From: Candidatus Multivoradales bacterium
GTDB taxonomy: Bacteria; Acidobacteriota; Thermoanaerobaculia; Multivoradales; JAHEKO01
DNA length: 64,000 bases
Direction: 5' to 3'
NCBI GenBank assembly: GCA_965223855.1
Contig: CBDCXM010000008.1
Coordinates: 576,001 to 640,000 of the forward strand
Shown here one piece after another: positions 12,101-21,358 of the stretch. Positions within the stretch are counted from its first letter, which is position 1; the number at the start of each line of letters is the position of its first letter. The notes beneath the pieces were generated by a model. That model was given only the letters and a program-made list of their open reading frames with translations. It made no database searches and was not told where the DNA came from. Made by a program: the position numbers and the translations under genes.

Positions 12101-13150
12101 TCAGGGTAACGCCGCCAGCGAGGCGTACTTCGAGTAGAGCACCCAGCCGGTCAGCGCGGCCAGGACGGCGAACCAGCCGATCAGGCTCCTGCGGGCCGCT
12201 TGGCCGGCCCGCACCGCCTGCCACCACTCCCGCGGCCGGATTCCCTGCATCAGGAAGGTGGCGATCGCGGCGACGTTGATGCACACCACGTTGGTCGCCA
12301 GGAGCAGCGCCGCGTTGCCGGCGGCGGCGAGTTCGCGCGCGCCCACCAGCATGCCGAAGGCGACCAGCGGCGGCATCAGCGCCACGGCCACCATGACGCC
12401 GATAAGGGTCGCTGAGGCACCGGTGGTGAAGGCGAGCGCACCCGCAACACCTGAGGCGAGAGCGAGCGCGACGTCGCTGGGAAAGACCTGAGTCCGCTCG
12501 GCGATCGCCGGAATCTCGAGCAGGCTCTCGACGTCGACGCCCGCCACGCCGGGCACCAGCCCGATCGCGACCGAGAGCGAGAGACCGATCAGCAGGCCGA
12601 AGCCCGCACGACGCAGCGCCACCACCGCGAGCTTCCCCTCCCCCAGCGTCGTAGCGAGCGCCAGCGCGATGTTGGGGCCGAGCAGCGGCGCGATCACCAT
12701 CGCGGCAATGATCATGGCGAGCGAGTCTCGAAGCAGGCCGATGGCGGCGACGAAGACCGACAGAGCCGTCATGGTCGCGTGAACGTTCCAGGCCCCCAGA
12801 CTCTCGGTCACGTTGTGGAACAGCTCCTCACTGCTGACGCGGGCAAACTTGCGCGGCCGCTCCGGCTCCTCCGCCTCGCCGACCGGAGCCGCCGCCTCCT
12901 CTTCAGGCCGCGGCAGCACCGCCTCGAGCGGGTAGAGCAGGACCCGGAAACCCTTCACCCGACTGAACCGCTTCTCCACCCGGTCGAGAATCGGCTCCGC
13001 CTCGCCCGCCTCGAGAACCAGGTTGATGGCGATCCGATCGCCCGATCGCGCCTGCTGCCAGCAGCTCACCGGTTCGTGCCCTTCGAGCAGGCTCTCGAGG
13101 TCGAGCCGGTCGACCTCCGGAACGACGATCTGCATCAACCTCAGGGCCAT
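12101..13150 (-). CDS. TIGR00341 / DUF389 family membrane protein
   Basis: 'MIIAAMVIAPLLGP', 'ALALASGVAGA', 'LIGVMVAVALMPP'. GGAGG RBS upstream. Confidence 0.9.
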   Translation of the reverse strand: MALRLMQIVVPEVDRLDLESLLEGHEPVSCWQQARSGDRIAINLVLEAGEAEPILDRVEKRFSRVKGFRVLLYPLEAVLPRPEEEAAAPVGEAEEPERPRKFARVSSEELFHNVTESLGAWNVHATMTALSVFVAAIGLLRDSLAMIIAAMVIAPLLGPNIALALATTLGEGKLAVVALRRAGFGLLIGLSLSVAIGLVPGVAGVDVESLLEIPAIAERTQVFPSDVALALASGVAGALAFTTGASATLIGVMVAVALMPPLVAFGMLVGARELAAAGNAALLLATNVVCINVAAIATFLMQGIRPREWWQAVRAGQAARRSLIGWFAVLAALTGWVLYSKYASLAALP

Positions 13151-13166
13151 CGTCGGCCTCCCTCCT

Positions 13167-13643
13167 TCATGACTCTCTCCCCCCGTCGCCGGACGACGGT
13201 CCAGGGCGCGATCGGCGGACGTAGAGGGTCTTCTGTGCCCGGGCGACGACCTTGCCGCCACGATCGACGATCTCCACCGGCCAGGTCGGGGTGTACTTCT
13301 CGCCCTGTGCCGTCGCGCGGCGCACCTCCTCGAGCCGCTCGTCGCCGACCTCGAAACGGGCCGTCACGGTCCCGCTGCCCGGACGCAGGAAGTCGATGCT
13401 CGCCGCCTGGTCCCATACCCGGTAGCCGCGGCCCAGCCGGTTGACCAGCATCAGGGTATAAACCGGGTCGATCATCGCGTAGAGACTGCCGCCGAAGTGC
13501 GTTCCGAAGTAGTTGCGGTTGTAGAACCTCAGCGCCATGCGAGCCTCGGCCCAGCGGTAGTCGGGAGCCATCCGGACCGAGATCCCCGTCCCCCAGTAGG
13601 GCGGGTACCAGGACAGCAGCCGGCCGAACCAGGTGCCCTTCAA
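13167..13643 (-). CDS. DUF4442 / hotdog-fold thioesterase-like protein
   Basis: 'YPPYWGTGI', 'NRNYFGTHFGGSLYAMIDP', 'VWDQAASIDFLRPG'. TTG start overlaps the upstream stop. Confidence 0.88.
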   Translation of the reverse strand: MKGTWFGRLLSWYPPYWGTGISVRMAPDYRWAEARMALRFYNRNYFGTHFGGSLYAMIDPVYTLMLVNRLGRGYRVWDQAASIDFLRPGSGTVTARFEVGDERLEEVRRATAQGEKYTPTWPVEIVDRGGKVVARAQKTLYVRRSRPGPSSGDGGRES

Positions 13644-14062
13644 CCGGCCGCCCCGACCCGGCGATGCGGTTCGACCGGTGCCAGCGAGTAGGCCTCGCGC
13701 TCGAAGCGGTTGTCGCGATAGGGGTCGCGCCCCCGGGCCCACTGCCACAGACTCGAGAGGCCGTACGCCGGCAGAAACAGCGGTCCCCAGCGCGCGTACT
13801 GCCGCACATGCACCTGCTCGTGAGCGCGGCAGCGATCGAGGCAGTCGGGATCGCGCCCCAGCACTACGTGGCCCAGAGTGATCGCCTCGATGCCGAACCC
13901 GGTCGCGCTTCTCAGGAGCAGGAGCTTCGCGATCCACGGACCGCTCGCCTCGAGCACTCCGTCGACCACCTGCCAGCGCCCCCGACCGGCTGCCGCCATC
14001 GGCGCCAGCAACAGGCCGAGGAGTGTGTTGGGGAGCGCCCACAGATAGCCGAGGAGCTTCAA
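13640..14062 (-). CDS. Conserved hypothetical protein with HExxH motif
   Basis: 'YLWALPNTLLG', 'AITLGHVVLG', 'HEQVHVRQY..WGPLFLPAY', 'YRDNRFEREA'. Confidence 0.8.
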   Translation of the reverse strand: MKLLGYLWALPNTLLGLLLAPMAAAGRGRWQVVDGVLEASGPWIAKLLLLRSATGFGIEAITLGHVVLGRDPDCLDRCRAHEQVHVRQYARWGPLFLPAYGLSSLWQWARGRDPYRDNRFEREAYSLAPVEPHRRVGAAG

Positions 14063-14074
14063 CCAGGCTCCGCG

Positions 14075-15367
14075 TCAGCCACCGTCGGCGGCCATCTCGT
14101 GAACGCCGCGCACCAGCGTGTCCACCAGCCGCGGCAGGTCGTCGCCACGGACCGAGCAGAAGGCGATCCGCAGATAGCTCGGCTGGATCGAAATCAGCCC
14201 GGTCGAGTGATGCTCGAGCAGGTGGCGCCGCACCCGGTCCGGATCCAGCCCGCCGGCGAGCTCGACGAGGGCGAAGCAGCCGGCGTTGAACGGCAGCGGT
14301 CGCAGATGCGGCGAATCGATCGTCGCCAGCGCTCGCGACAGTTCCCGGTAGCGCCCCTCGAGCTCGCGACGCACTCGCTCGACCTGATCGGCGATGTCGG
14401 TCGCCGCCAACCCCTGCTCGAGCACGACCTGCGCTGTCGCCACAGGCGAGCCGAGAACCGCCCGGGTCAGGCACTTCACCTTGCTCTCGAGCGCGAGTGC
14501 CGCTTCACTCTCAGGTTCGAAGGGGAAGGTCAGGAAGCCGACGCGGCCGCCGAAGTACGAGAACTCCTTGGTCGCGCCGTCGATCTTGACCGGTACCAGA
14601 TTCTCCTCCAGACCGACGAGGTCCCAGAAGAGGGAACGCCCCGGCACCTCCTCGTAGACAAGGCCGGCGTAGGCGTCGTCGCACAGCACCACCAGCGGGC
14701 GGCGTCTGGCGATCTCGCGCAGTGACGTGACCAGCTCGCCGCGCTCCTGGGCGGTCGGCATGTAGCCGCCCGGGTTCGACGGCAGGTTGACGATCGCCAT
14801 CACAGGGTGATCGCCCGGCTCGCCGGCCAGCGCCTCGGCATAGGCATGCGGGTGGTAGTGACCGTCGCGGTAGGCGTCGGCGGTAACGACCCGAGCCCCC
14901 GTGCGGGTCGTGAAGGTCTGCCGGTAGTTGCCCCAGAAGGGAGCGGCGACGGCGACGGCCCGCTCCGGGGAACCGAAGAGGTCCGCGGCCAGCGACAGGC
15001 CGTGGGTGAGTCCCGCGGTGACGATGGGCAGCGACGAAGGGACATCGTCCGCCACGCCGCGTCGCTGCCAGCTGCGCCACGCCTGCCGCACGCTCTCGAT
15101 CCCCTGCACCGGTGAGTAGAGGAACGCACGGTCGCGCTGCTCGTCGTCGAGGGCGAACGCCGCGGTCATCGCCGGAATCGCGAGCGGTCTTCCCGCGCCG
15201 TCTGTGACCTGCCCGATCGTGCCGTTGAGACGCGCGGTTCGAGCCTGTGCCGCCTGGAACGGTATGTCCGGCGGGAACGCGACGCGCCGGCCCAGCGGCG
15301 AGAGGGCCGACCACAGCGCGGGAGCGGCGGAGTGGATCGCTTCGCGCAGCGCTTCGTCACCCGGCAT
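14075..15367 (-). CDS. PLP-dependent aminotransferase class I/II
   Basis: 'NLPSNPGGY', 'CDDAYAG', 'DGATKE...GGRVGF'. Confidence 0.9.
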   Translation of the reverse strand: MPGDEALREAIHSAAPALWSALSPLGRRVAFPPDIPFQAAQARTARLNGTIGQVTDGAGRPLAIPAMTAAFALDDEQRDRAFLYSPVQGIESVRQAWRSWQRRGVADDVPSSLPIVTAGLTHGLSLAADLFGSPERAVAVAAPFWGNYRQTFTTRTGARVVTADAYRDGHYHPHAYAEALAGEPGDHPVMAIVNLPSNPGGYMPTAQERGELVTSLREIARRRPLVVLCDDAYAGLVYEEVPGRSLFWDLVGLEENLVPVKIDGATKEFSYFGGRVGFLTFPFEPESEAALALESKVKCLTRAVLGSPVATAQVVLEQGLAATDIADQVERVRRELEGRYRELSRALATIDSPHLRPLPFNAGCFALVELAGGLDPDRVRRHLLEHHSTGLISIQPSYLRIAFCSVRGDDLPRLVDTLVRGVHEMAADGG

Positions 15368-15465
15368 GGCCGGTAGAGACTAGCAGTCTGTGGCGGTAGC
15401 CCGGGGCTCGCCTCGGGAGGCCGCAAGTCCGGTTCGGGAGAGCGGCGAGGGCGTAGGATGGCTCG

Positions 15466-16863
15466 ATGCAGCGACGCCGGACGCCCGGGACGAAAACCCC
15501 AATCTACGCGGTCGCGGCGCTCACGGCACTCTTCCTGGCGCCCGGCTGTGCTTCGGATCGAAGCGGTTTCACTTCGCCCCGCAATCTACTGCTGGTGACG
15601 CTCGACACCCTGCGGGCCGATCACCTCGGTGCGTACGGCTATCCGCGAGCGACCTCGCCCCGCCTCGACGCCTTCGCAGCGCGGGCCCATCTGTTCGAGG
15701 ACGTCACCTGCTCCGTTCCCACGACGCTGCCGTCCCACGTCTCAATCTTCACCGGCCTGCGACCGGGCGACCACGGCGTACGGCGTAACGGTGTCGAACC
15801 CGAGCGCGACCTGACGACGATCTTCGATCTGCTCGCCGATCAGCGGGGAGCGACGACCGCGGCGGTCGTAGCCGCCGGCGTGCTCGCCGAACCCTACCTG
15901 ACAGGCCTGGGGTTGGGCGAAGTCTCTTTGCCGGCCCGTCGCGACGAGTTCCAGATCCCCGGTTCCCGGGTGACCGGCAGCGCTCTGGCATGGCTCGATC
16001 GGCACCTCGCCGCCGAAGCGCCGGCGCCGTTCGCCCTGTGGGTCCACTACTACGACACCCACGAGCCGTACACGCCGCCGGCGAGCGTGTTCGAGCGCTT
16101 CGACCACGGCTACGGCGGCCCGCTGCCGCGACTGCTGACGACCGAGGACCTGGTGGCGCTCAACCGGGGGGAGCGTTTCGGCCCGCTCGAGGCCGCCGAT
16201 CTTCGTCACGTCGAGGATCTGTACGACGCCGAGATCGCCGCCCTCGACGCCCACCTGGGCCGCCTGCTCGATGCAATCGCCGTCCGCGGACTCGAGGATG
16301 ACACGGTCGTCGCCATCGTGGCGGACCACGGGCAGTCGCTCGGCGAGAGCGGCTACTTCGGCCACGGCAAGCGACTCTTCGAGCCGATCGTCAAGATCCC
16401 GATGCTGATCCGCCTCCCCGGGCAGACGGAGGGCCGCCGGATCACCGCGCCGGTCGAGTCGATCGATCTCATGCCCACTCTGGCGGAGCTCTTCTCCCTC
16501 GACGCGCCGGCGCAGCTCGCCGGCGTCTCGCTGGCCCCCGCGCTCGCCGGAGAGCAGCTACCGGGCCGGCGCCTGAGAGCGATCGAGCGTCGCCGATTCC
16601 CCGAGGACCCGGCGAACGTCGGCGCCGCCCTCCATGGCGGCGACTGGAAGGCGGTCTTCTACCGCGACGAGGACGGCTCCGAGTGGCACACCTTCGGCGA
16701 TCGCGAGCGGGGCCTCGACGCTGCGGAGCAGCTCGACGGCGCCGATCCCCGCTGGCAACAGCTCACCGCACTCGTCGCCCGAGTCCGCGGCGGCTTCGAC
16801 ACCGACCGCGACCTCGAGCCCGAGGAGGTGGAGATGCTGAGGACACTCGGCTACCTGCAGTAG
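15466..16863 (+). CDS. Sulfatase-like hydrolase/transferase, probable lipoprotein
   Basis: 'NLLLVTLDTLRADHLG', 'TLPSHVSIFTG', 'HYYDTHEPY', 'YDAEI', 'ADHG', C-terminal 'LRTLGYL'; lipobox-like LAPGC. Confidence 0.9.
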   Translation: MQRRRTPGTKTPIYAVAALTALFLAPGCASDRSGFTSPRNLLLVTLDTLRADHLGAYGYPRATSPRLDAFAARAHLFEDVTCSVPTTLPSHVSIFTGLRPGDHGVRRNGVEPERDLTTIFDLLADQRGATTAAVVAAGVLAEPYLTGLGLGEVSLPARRDEFQIPGSRVTGSALAWLDRHLAAEAPAPFALWVHYYDTHEPYTPPASVFERFDHGYGGPLPRLLTTEDLVALNRGERFGPLEAADLRHVEDLYDAEIAALDAHLGRLLDAIAVRGLEDDTVVAIVADHGQSLGESGYFGHGKRLFEPIVKIPMLIRLPGQTEGRRITAPVESIDLMPTLAELFSLDAPAQLAGVSLAPALAGEQLPGRRLRAIERRRFPEDPANVGAALHGGDWKAVFYRDEDGSEWHTFGDRERGLDAAEQLDGADPRWQQLTALVARVRGGFDTDRDLEPEEVEMLRTLGYLQ

Positions 16864-16906
16864 GCCTCCGTCCGCGGCGATCCCGAGTTGCCGGTGGGCC
16901 GTCGGA

Positions 16907-19174
16907 TCACGACCCCCGTTCTTCGCCCTCCGGAACACAGGGATCGTCCGTCCCCCCCGGGACCAACCATCTCGTGCCGTTGCCGAGCCAGGTGCCGTAA
17001 GGGTTGATGAACTCCGGCCAGGTGAGACGAAGCTTGCACTGAAGGGTCGACTCCGCCGAGTTGAGCGCTCCCTGCACCCACCCCTGCACGTCGGAGAACG
17101 CCTCACCCACGATGAAGACACTCGCCTCCGGAATCGGCTGGCGGACGGCGGGAATCAACCTTTGCTGATCGCTCCCCGAGCCCCATGCGTGCCAGCCGGC
17201 GCCGAACGGGTCCTTCGTCCAGTTCTGGAAGTGGGCGTAATACGGCAGCGGAATGTCGGGCCGATCCTTCTCGGGAACGTTGCTGACCTCCATCAGCTGA
17301 CGGTGCGCCTCGAGCGCCATCGTCTTGCTGCAGTGGCGCGGCCCACCTTTCTGCGCGGCGGCCGCCTGACCGGCGGTCGCCTTCGAGTAGCCCTCCTTCC
17401 CAAGCTTCGCCGGAGGGATCGTCGTCAGTGCCGAAGGGTCGGCGCCGCCCGCCTCGTGATCGTAGGGATCGCCGTCCTGAATCTCCTTCCAGTAGAAGGT
17501 CGCCTGCCCGCTCACGTAGCTCGCGAGGGTCAGGCCGTTCTGGTTGGCGTTGCCGCTCGCCGGCGTCCACCAGTTGTAGTACTGACGCAGGCCGAGATCG
17601 GTGGTGTTGCGGCCCATGGCGGGACCGGGTGCGGGAGGATCGATGCCGTACCTGAGCCACCACGGCTCCGAATAGGCGATGAACATCCGCAGCGCGGGTA
17701 TGTTGTTGACCGTCCCACGGGTCAGCGCCTGCACCCGGGAGTCCTGAAAGAAGAAGTTGTCCTGGTCGATCAGCTCGAGCGAGCGGCCGGGAAGAGCGAG
17801 GAAGAGGAGCTTCGCCCGGATGCGGCGACACTGCTCGGGGCTCTCCCTGCAGATGTTCTCGGCCGCGACCGAGCCCTTGATGAGCTTGATGCCCGGCTGC
17901 CGTCGATAGAAGAGCAGGTCGTAGGGACCGGCGTCCTTCTTTCCTCCCGGCAGATCCACGTTCTCGAAGCTGACGAGCTGGTGGTTGAAGTACGAACGGC
18001 CCAGCGCATCGAACCGCTTCCACAGGTTGCCGGGGATCGCCGAATACCCCTCCCGGATGTGCCGCCAGTAGTAGACGTCGGTCTGCGAGCAGCCCGGCTC
18101 GTCACCGAACGGCCCGACGACGAAGTAGAAGTCCTCGTTGGTGTTGGCCGAGAAGTTGCCGGCGAACCCTTCGGAGTTGTAGCCGCCGGCGTCCTCCAGC
18201 AGATCGACCGCCTCCTGACTCAGGACGTGCCGATTGAGCGCCCAGCCGGACCAGTCGGACAGCGGCCGACCGAAGACGTACGGCCGCTCGGCGGTCGCCG
18301 ACGCCTTGGCAGCCTCGTAGGCGTCGCCGTACTGCTTCACCTGCTTCCACAACGCGTCTGCGCTGCCGCCTCCCGCCTCGGCCTTCTCGGCGGCGAGAAA
18401 GGCCGCGTGGAACTGGCTCCTCAGGAGCGTGTAGCCGTTGGGGGCGTCTCCGAGGCCGTACTGCTTCTTCTCGGACGGCGTGGCGTTCGGCAGCACGTGC
18501 TGGAACGCCTGATCGCTGACGTAGTCGCTGATCGCGCCGGTGCCCCCCTGCTTCAGCAGGCCGGCCTCGAACTCGGTCAGGTTGTAGAGCTCGAGGAGCG
18601 TCGCGGCACCCGAGGGACCGTTGACCTCCTCCCGCGTCAGGTGCTGCCCCCGCACGTAGACGAGGTTGTCGTCGCAGTCGAAGTTGAACGGCTCGTCGGT
18701 CAGGCCGAGATGCTGCGCCGTGTTCCAGACGATGTGCATCGTGCGGGCGAAGCGGAACCCGCCGAACTCGGCGAGCGACTCACCGACCCCTTCCGCCCCC
18801 GGCTCGTCGGCGTTGATGCCGGGCACCTTGACCGACAGGAGGCGGCCACCGACGCGGCCCGAGTACTCGAAGAGGGCGACGTCGAGCTTCGACTTGTTCG
18901 CGAACAGCGGTCGAAGCGGTGAGTCGGGCCGCAGGTCGTCGAGCGTCGCGTTGGCCAGCCTGTAGGCGAGGTAGCAGCCCGCGACTCCGGCGCCGACGAT
19001 GGCGACGTCGCAATCCTCGAGGGACGGCACTTCCGCGCTAACGTCGGCAGCGTCCGCCGCCCTCGCCAGGCCGAGGCCGGCTCCTGCGGCACCGACGGCA
19101 GCCGACTTGATGAGGTCGCGGCGGGACGAACTGCGCGGTCGCTCCCGTCGATCCGGGTTGGGCTCTGTGCTCAT
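16907..19174 (-). CDS. Tat-exported flavin amine oxidase / L-amino-acid oxidase-like protein
   Basis: Twin-Arg 'SRRDLIK', FAD motif 'IVGAGVAG', 'VGGRL', 'EFGGFRF', C-terminal 'VGEAFSDVQGWVQGALNSA'. Alternative start at 19213. Confidence 0.85.
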   Translation of the reverse strand: MSTEPNPDRRERPRSSSRRDLIKSAAVGAAGAGLGLARAADAADVSAEVPSLEDCDVAIVGAGVAGCYLAYRLANATLDDLRPDSPLRPLFANKSKLDVALFEYSGRVGGRLLSVKVPGINADEPGAEGVGESLAEFGGFRFARTMHIVWNTAQHLGLTDEPFNFDCDDNLVYVRGQHLTREEVNGPSGAATLLELYNLTEFEAGLLKQGGTGAISDYVSDQAFQHVLPNATPSEKKQYGLGDAPNGYTLLRSQFHAAFLAAEKAEAGGGSADALWKQVKQYGDAYEAAKASATAERPYVFGRPLSDWSGWALNRHVLSQEAVDLLEDAGGYNSEGFAGNFSANTNEDFYFVVGPFGDEPGCSQTDVYYWRHIREGYSAIPGNLWKRFDALGRSYFNHQLVSFENVDLPGGKKDAGPYDLLFYRRQPGIKLIKGSVAAENICRESPEQCRRIRAKLLFLALPGRSLELIDQDNFFFQDSRVQALTRGTVNNIPALRMFIAYSEPWWLRYGIDPPAPGPAMGRNTTDLGLRQYYNWWTPASGNANQNGLTLASYVSGQATFYWKEIQDGDPYDHEAGGADPSALTTIPPAKLGKEGYSKATAGQAAAAQKGGPRHCSKTMALEAHRQLMEVSNVPEKDRPDIPLPYYAHFQNWTKDPFGAGWHAWGSGSDQQRLIPAVRQPIPEASVFIVGEAFSDVQGWVQGALNSAESTLQCKLRLTWPEFINPYGTWLGNGTRWLVPGGTDDPCVPEGEERGS

Positions 19175-19214
19175 CGCGCTCTCCTCGAGATGGGTCTTGG
19201 ATCGGGAGCTCATG

Positions 19215-21161
19215 TCACTCCTCCTGGTGGCTCGCGCCGGCGACGTCGAAGTGGGACTGCGTGTCGGTCGTGGCACCGGCGTACCCCCCCTTCAGGACGA
19301 AGCTGAAGGAGTAACCGAGGGTCTGAGCGACTCCGTGGCAGCCCATGCACCCACCCATGTTGTAGCCGCTGCGGGCGAACGACAGGTTGTTGCCCGACCG
19401 GTCGTAGTTGAGCGTTTCGTTGGGTGCCACACCGACACCGCTGTACTTGTCGATCGTCGGCACCCCCGGAGGGATGCCCTGAAACAGTTGCAGGTCGGCG
19501 TTGGTCTCGATGACGAGGTTCGCCAGGTAGGCGGGCTGCCCGATTCCGGTCGGGTCGTACTCGGTGACCGGATACCTCGTTTCAGGGTACGGCGTCTGCG
19601 GTGGCTGGCCCGGCCGCTCCTGCGCCGCGACGGCCGTGACGTCGACCGCCTGGAACTGGGTTCCGATCAGCTGGTAGTTGAGCCATACCGAGCCCGGATT
19701 GCGGGCCTTGATGGCGGCCCAGACCGCCTCGTTGACTTCCTTCGTGCCGAGAGGCCTGGGCGCCTGCTGTGAGATCGGCTGAAACCTGCGGACCACCGGA
19801 TAGGCGTCGGTGAGTGCCGGGTAGAAGTCGGCCGGATAGGGCTTGCCGTCTTCCAGAGGCAACTCCGGCGGGTAGGGACCGTCGGGAGTCGCGGCCGGGA
19901 AGGCGGGATCGTTGAGCGGGTCGTAGTAGTTCGAGTAGGTGTACCCGGCAGTGTCGTTGTCGACGTGCTCGAAGGTCGCGAAAACGAAGGTCCCACCGCG
20001 GGCGTCGGCCGACGTCTCCCCGCTTGCCGTGTGAATCCGCTGGATGATGTGAATGCCGACCAGCCCGAAAGTCGCCTGCTGCGCTCGAGGCTCGCCGTCG
20101 ACGGTCGTGAAGTAGGTCGCCTCCGCCGTGTGGTAGCGACCGGACGCAGCCTCGTCCGCCGACAGGATCACCCAGGCCGCCTTGATCTGAATCGAACCGA
20201 CCGCCGGTGGTGTGAGATCGGTCGACGGCGAAGCCTCGGCGTAGGCGGCGTTCGTGTCGGCCGCGGAATAGCCGATGACGATCTGGTGGTCGGCCTGCGG
20301 CTGCTGCCGCTTCGGCCCTGCCGGAGCCGACGTGCGATACGGGAAGGCGATCAACCCCTGGAGAGCATCGTCGTTGGTGTTGTCGTTGACCGGCGTGCCC
20401 GGCGGCAGAGGGGCCGCCACGTTGTAGTCGTGCTCCGCGACATAGCGGTAGTAGTCGTAGTTGACCTTGACCTCGTAGAACACCGCATTCTCTGGACTCG
20501 GCTCCCCCCTCCAGACCCTCGGGCCGACCGGGCGCCCGCTGCGCACTCCGGGGACCGGCCCGAGAGGGTTGTCCGAGCCGTCCGGATAGGTCGTCTCGAG
20601 GTTCTCGGAGACCACTTCGATCGTCTCGTCGAAGCTGTCGTAGTGGTGCTGCTTCGAAGTCGTGGCGAGGACCCTCAGGGACGAGTCGTACGGCCCCTCG
20701 AACATCTCGTCTCCGGCGGGGCGGATCGGGCCGTAGTCGAGGGGGTGATTCCAGGGAGGGAGTGCTGCGGGATCGCCCGGGAAGGCGGAACCGCTGACCG
20801 GGAAGTTGAAGACCTCGCGCTTCTCCTTGAACGTCTCCCAGACGGTCAGCGTGCCGGGACCGGCGTCGACGAAGCTCTGCTCCAGGTCGGGGAAGCCTCG
20901 CTGGTCGTTGTGACTCTCCGGGTCGAGCGCCGGCCAGAACATCGCCACGAAGCTGTTCCAGGCGAAGAAGTCGAAGTCCGGCTGGTGCAGGAGGTCGGTC
21001 TCCGGCGGCGCCGGGCTGTCCAGTTGCAGCGACGCGCCCGAGGAGTCGGCGACCCTCTCGGCACCCGACTCTGCGAGGCGCACCGACAGCAGAGTCGGCA
21101 GGAGCGCACCGAGAGTGAGACCGACGGCGAGTGGAAGGGAGTGGCTGCGAGATCGGAGCAT
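19215..21161 (-). CDS. Large secreted protein with one C-terminal CxxCH heme c motif
   Basis: Signal-like N-terminus; blocks 'FDFFAWNSFVAMFWPA', 'VWETFK', 'LVGIHI', 'FATFEHVDN', 'LANLVIET', 'CMGCH'. Confidence 0.8.
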   Translation of the reverse strand: MLRSRSHSLPLAVGLTLGALLPTLLSVRLAESGAERVADSSGASLQLDSPAPPETDLLHQPDFDFFAWNSFVAMFWPALDPESHNDQRGFPDLEQSFVDAGPGTLTVWETFKEKREVFNFPVSGSAFPGDPAALPPWNHPLDYGPIRPAGDEMFEGPYDSSLRVLATTSKQHHYDSFDETIEVVSENLETTYPDGSDNPLGPVPGVRSGRPVGPRVWRGEPSPENAVFYEVKVNYDYYRYVAEHDYNVAAPLPPGTPVNDNTNDDALQGLIAFPYRTSAPAGPKRQQPQADHQIVIGYSAADTNAAYAEASPSTDLTPPAVGSIQIKAAWVILSADEAASGRYHTAEATYFTTVDGEPRAQQATFGLVGIHIIQRIHTASGETSADARGGTFVFATFEHVDNDTAGYTYSNYYDPLNDPAFPAATPDGPYPPELPLEDGKPYPADFYPALTDAYPVVRRFQPISQQAPRPLGTKEVNEAVWAAIKARNPGSVWLNYQLIGTQFQAVDVTAVAAQERPGQPPQTPYPETRYPVTEYDPTGIGQPAYLANLVIETNADLQLFQGIPPGVPTIDKYSGVGVAPNETLNYDRSGNNLSFARSGYNMGGCMGCHGVAQTLGYSFSFVLKGGYAGATTDTQSHFDVAGASHQEE

Positions 21162-21358
21162 CTTCGACGCCTCCTCTGGAGAACGCCCCACGACGGGTCT
21201 TCTCCTTTCGCTTCCACGACCCTGGGGCGGCGGAAGACTGAGTTGCAACTTCGGACTGGTGTTTGGATGGAGCCTAGCACTAATATGCATACTCAAGAAC
21301 CCGCAGTCCGAGTCTTCCCTACCCTGCCGCCCGGTCGCCGACGGCCGAAAGGAGCGCC

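Noticed and set aside
21272-21292. Sigma-54 promoter upstream of the multicopper oxidase (tagcac...tgca)
   Set aside because: It lacks the invariant GG and the spacing is one base short.
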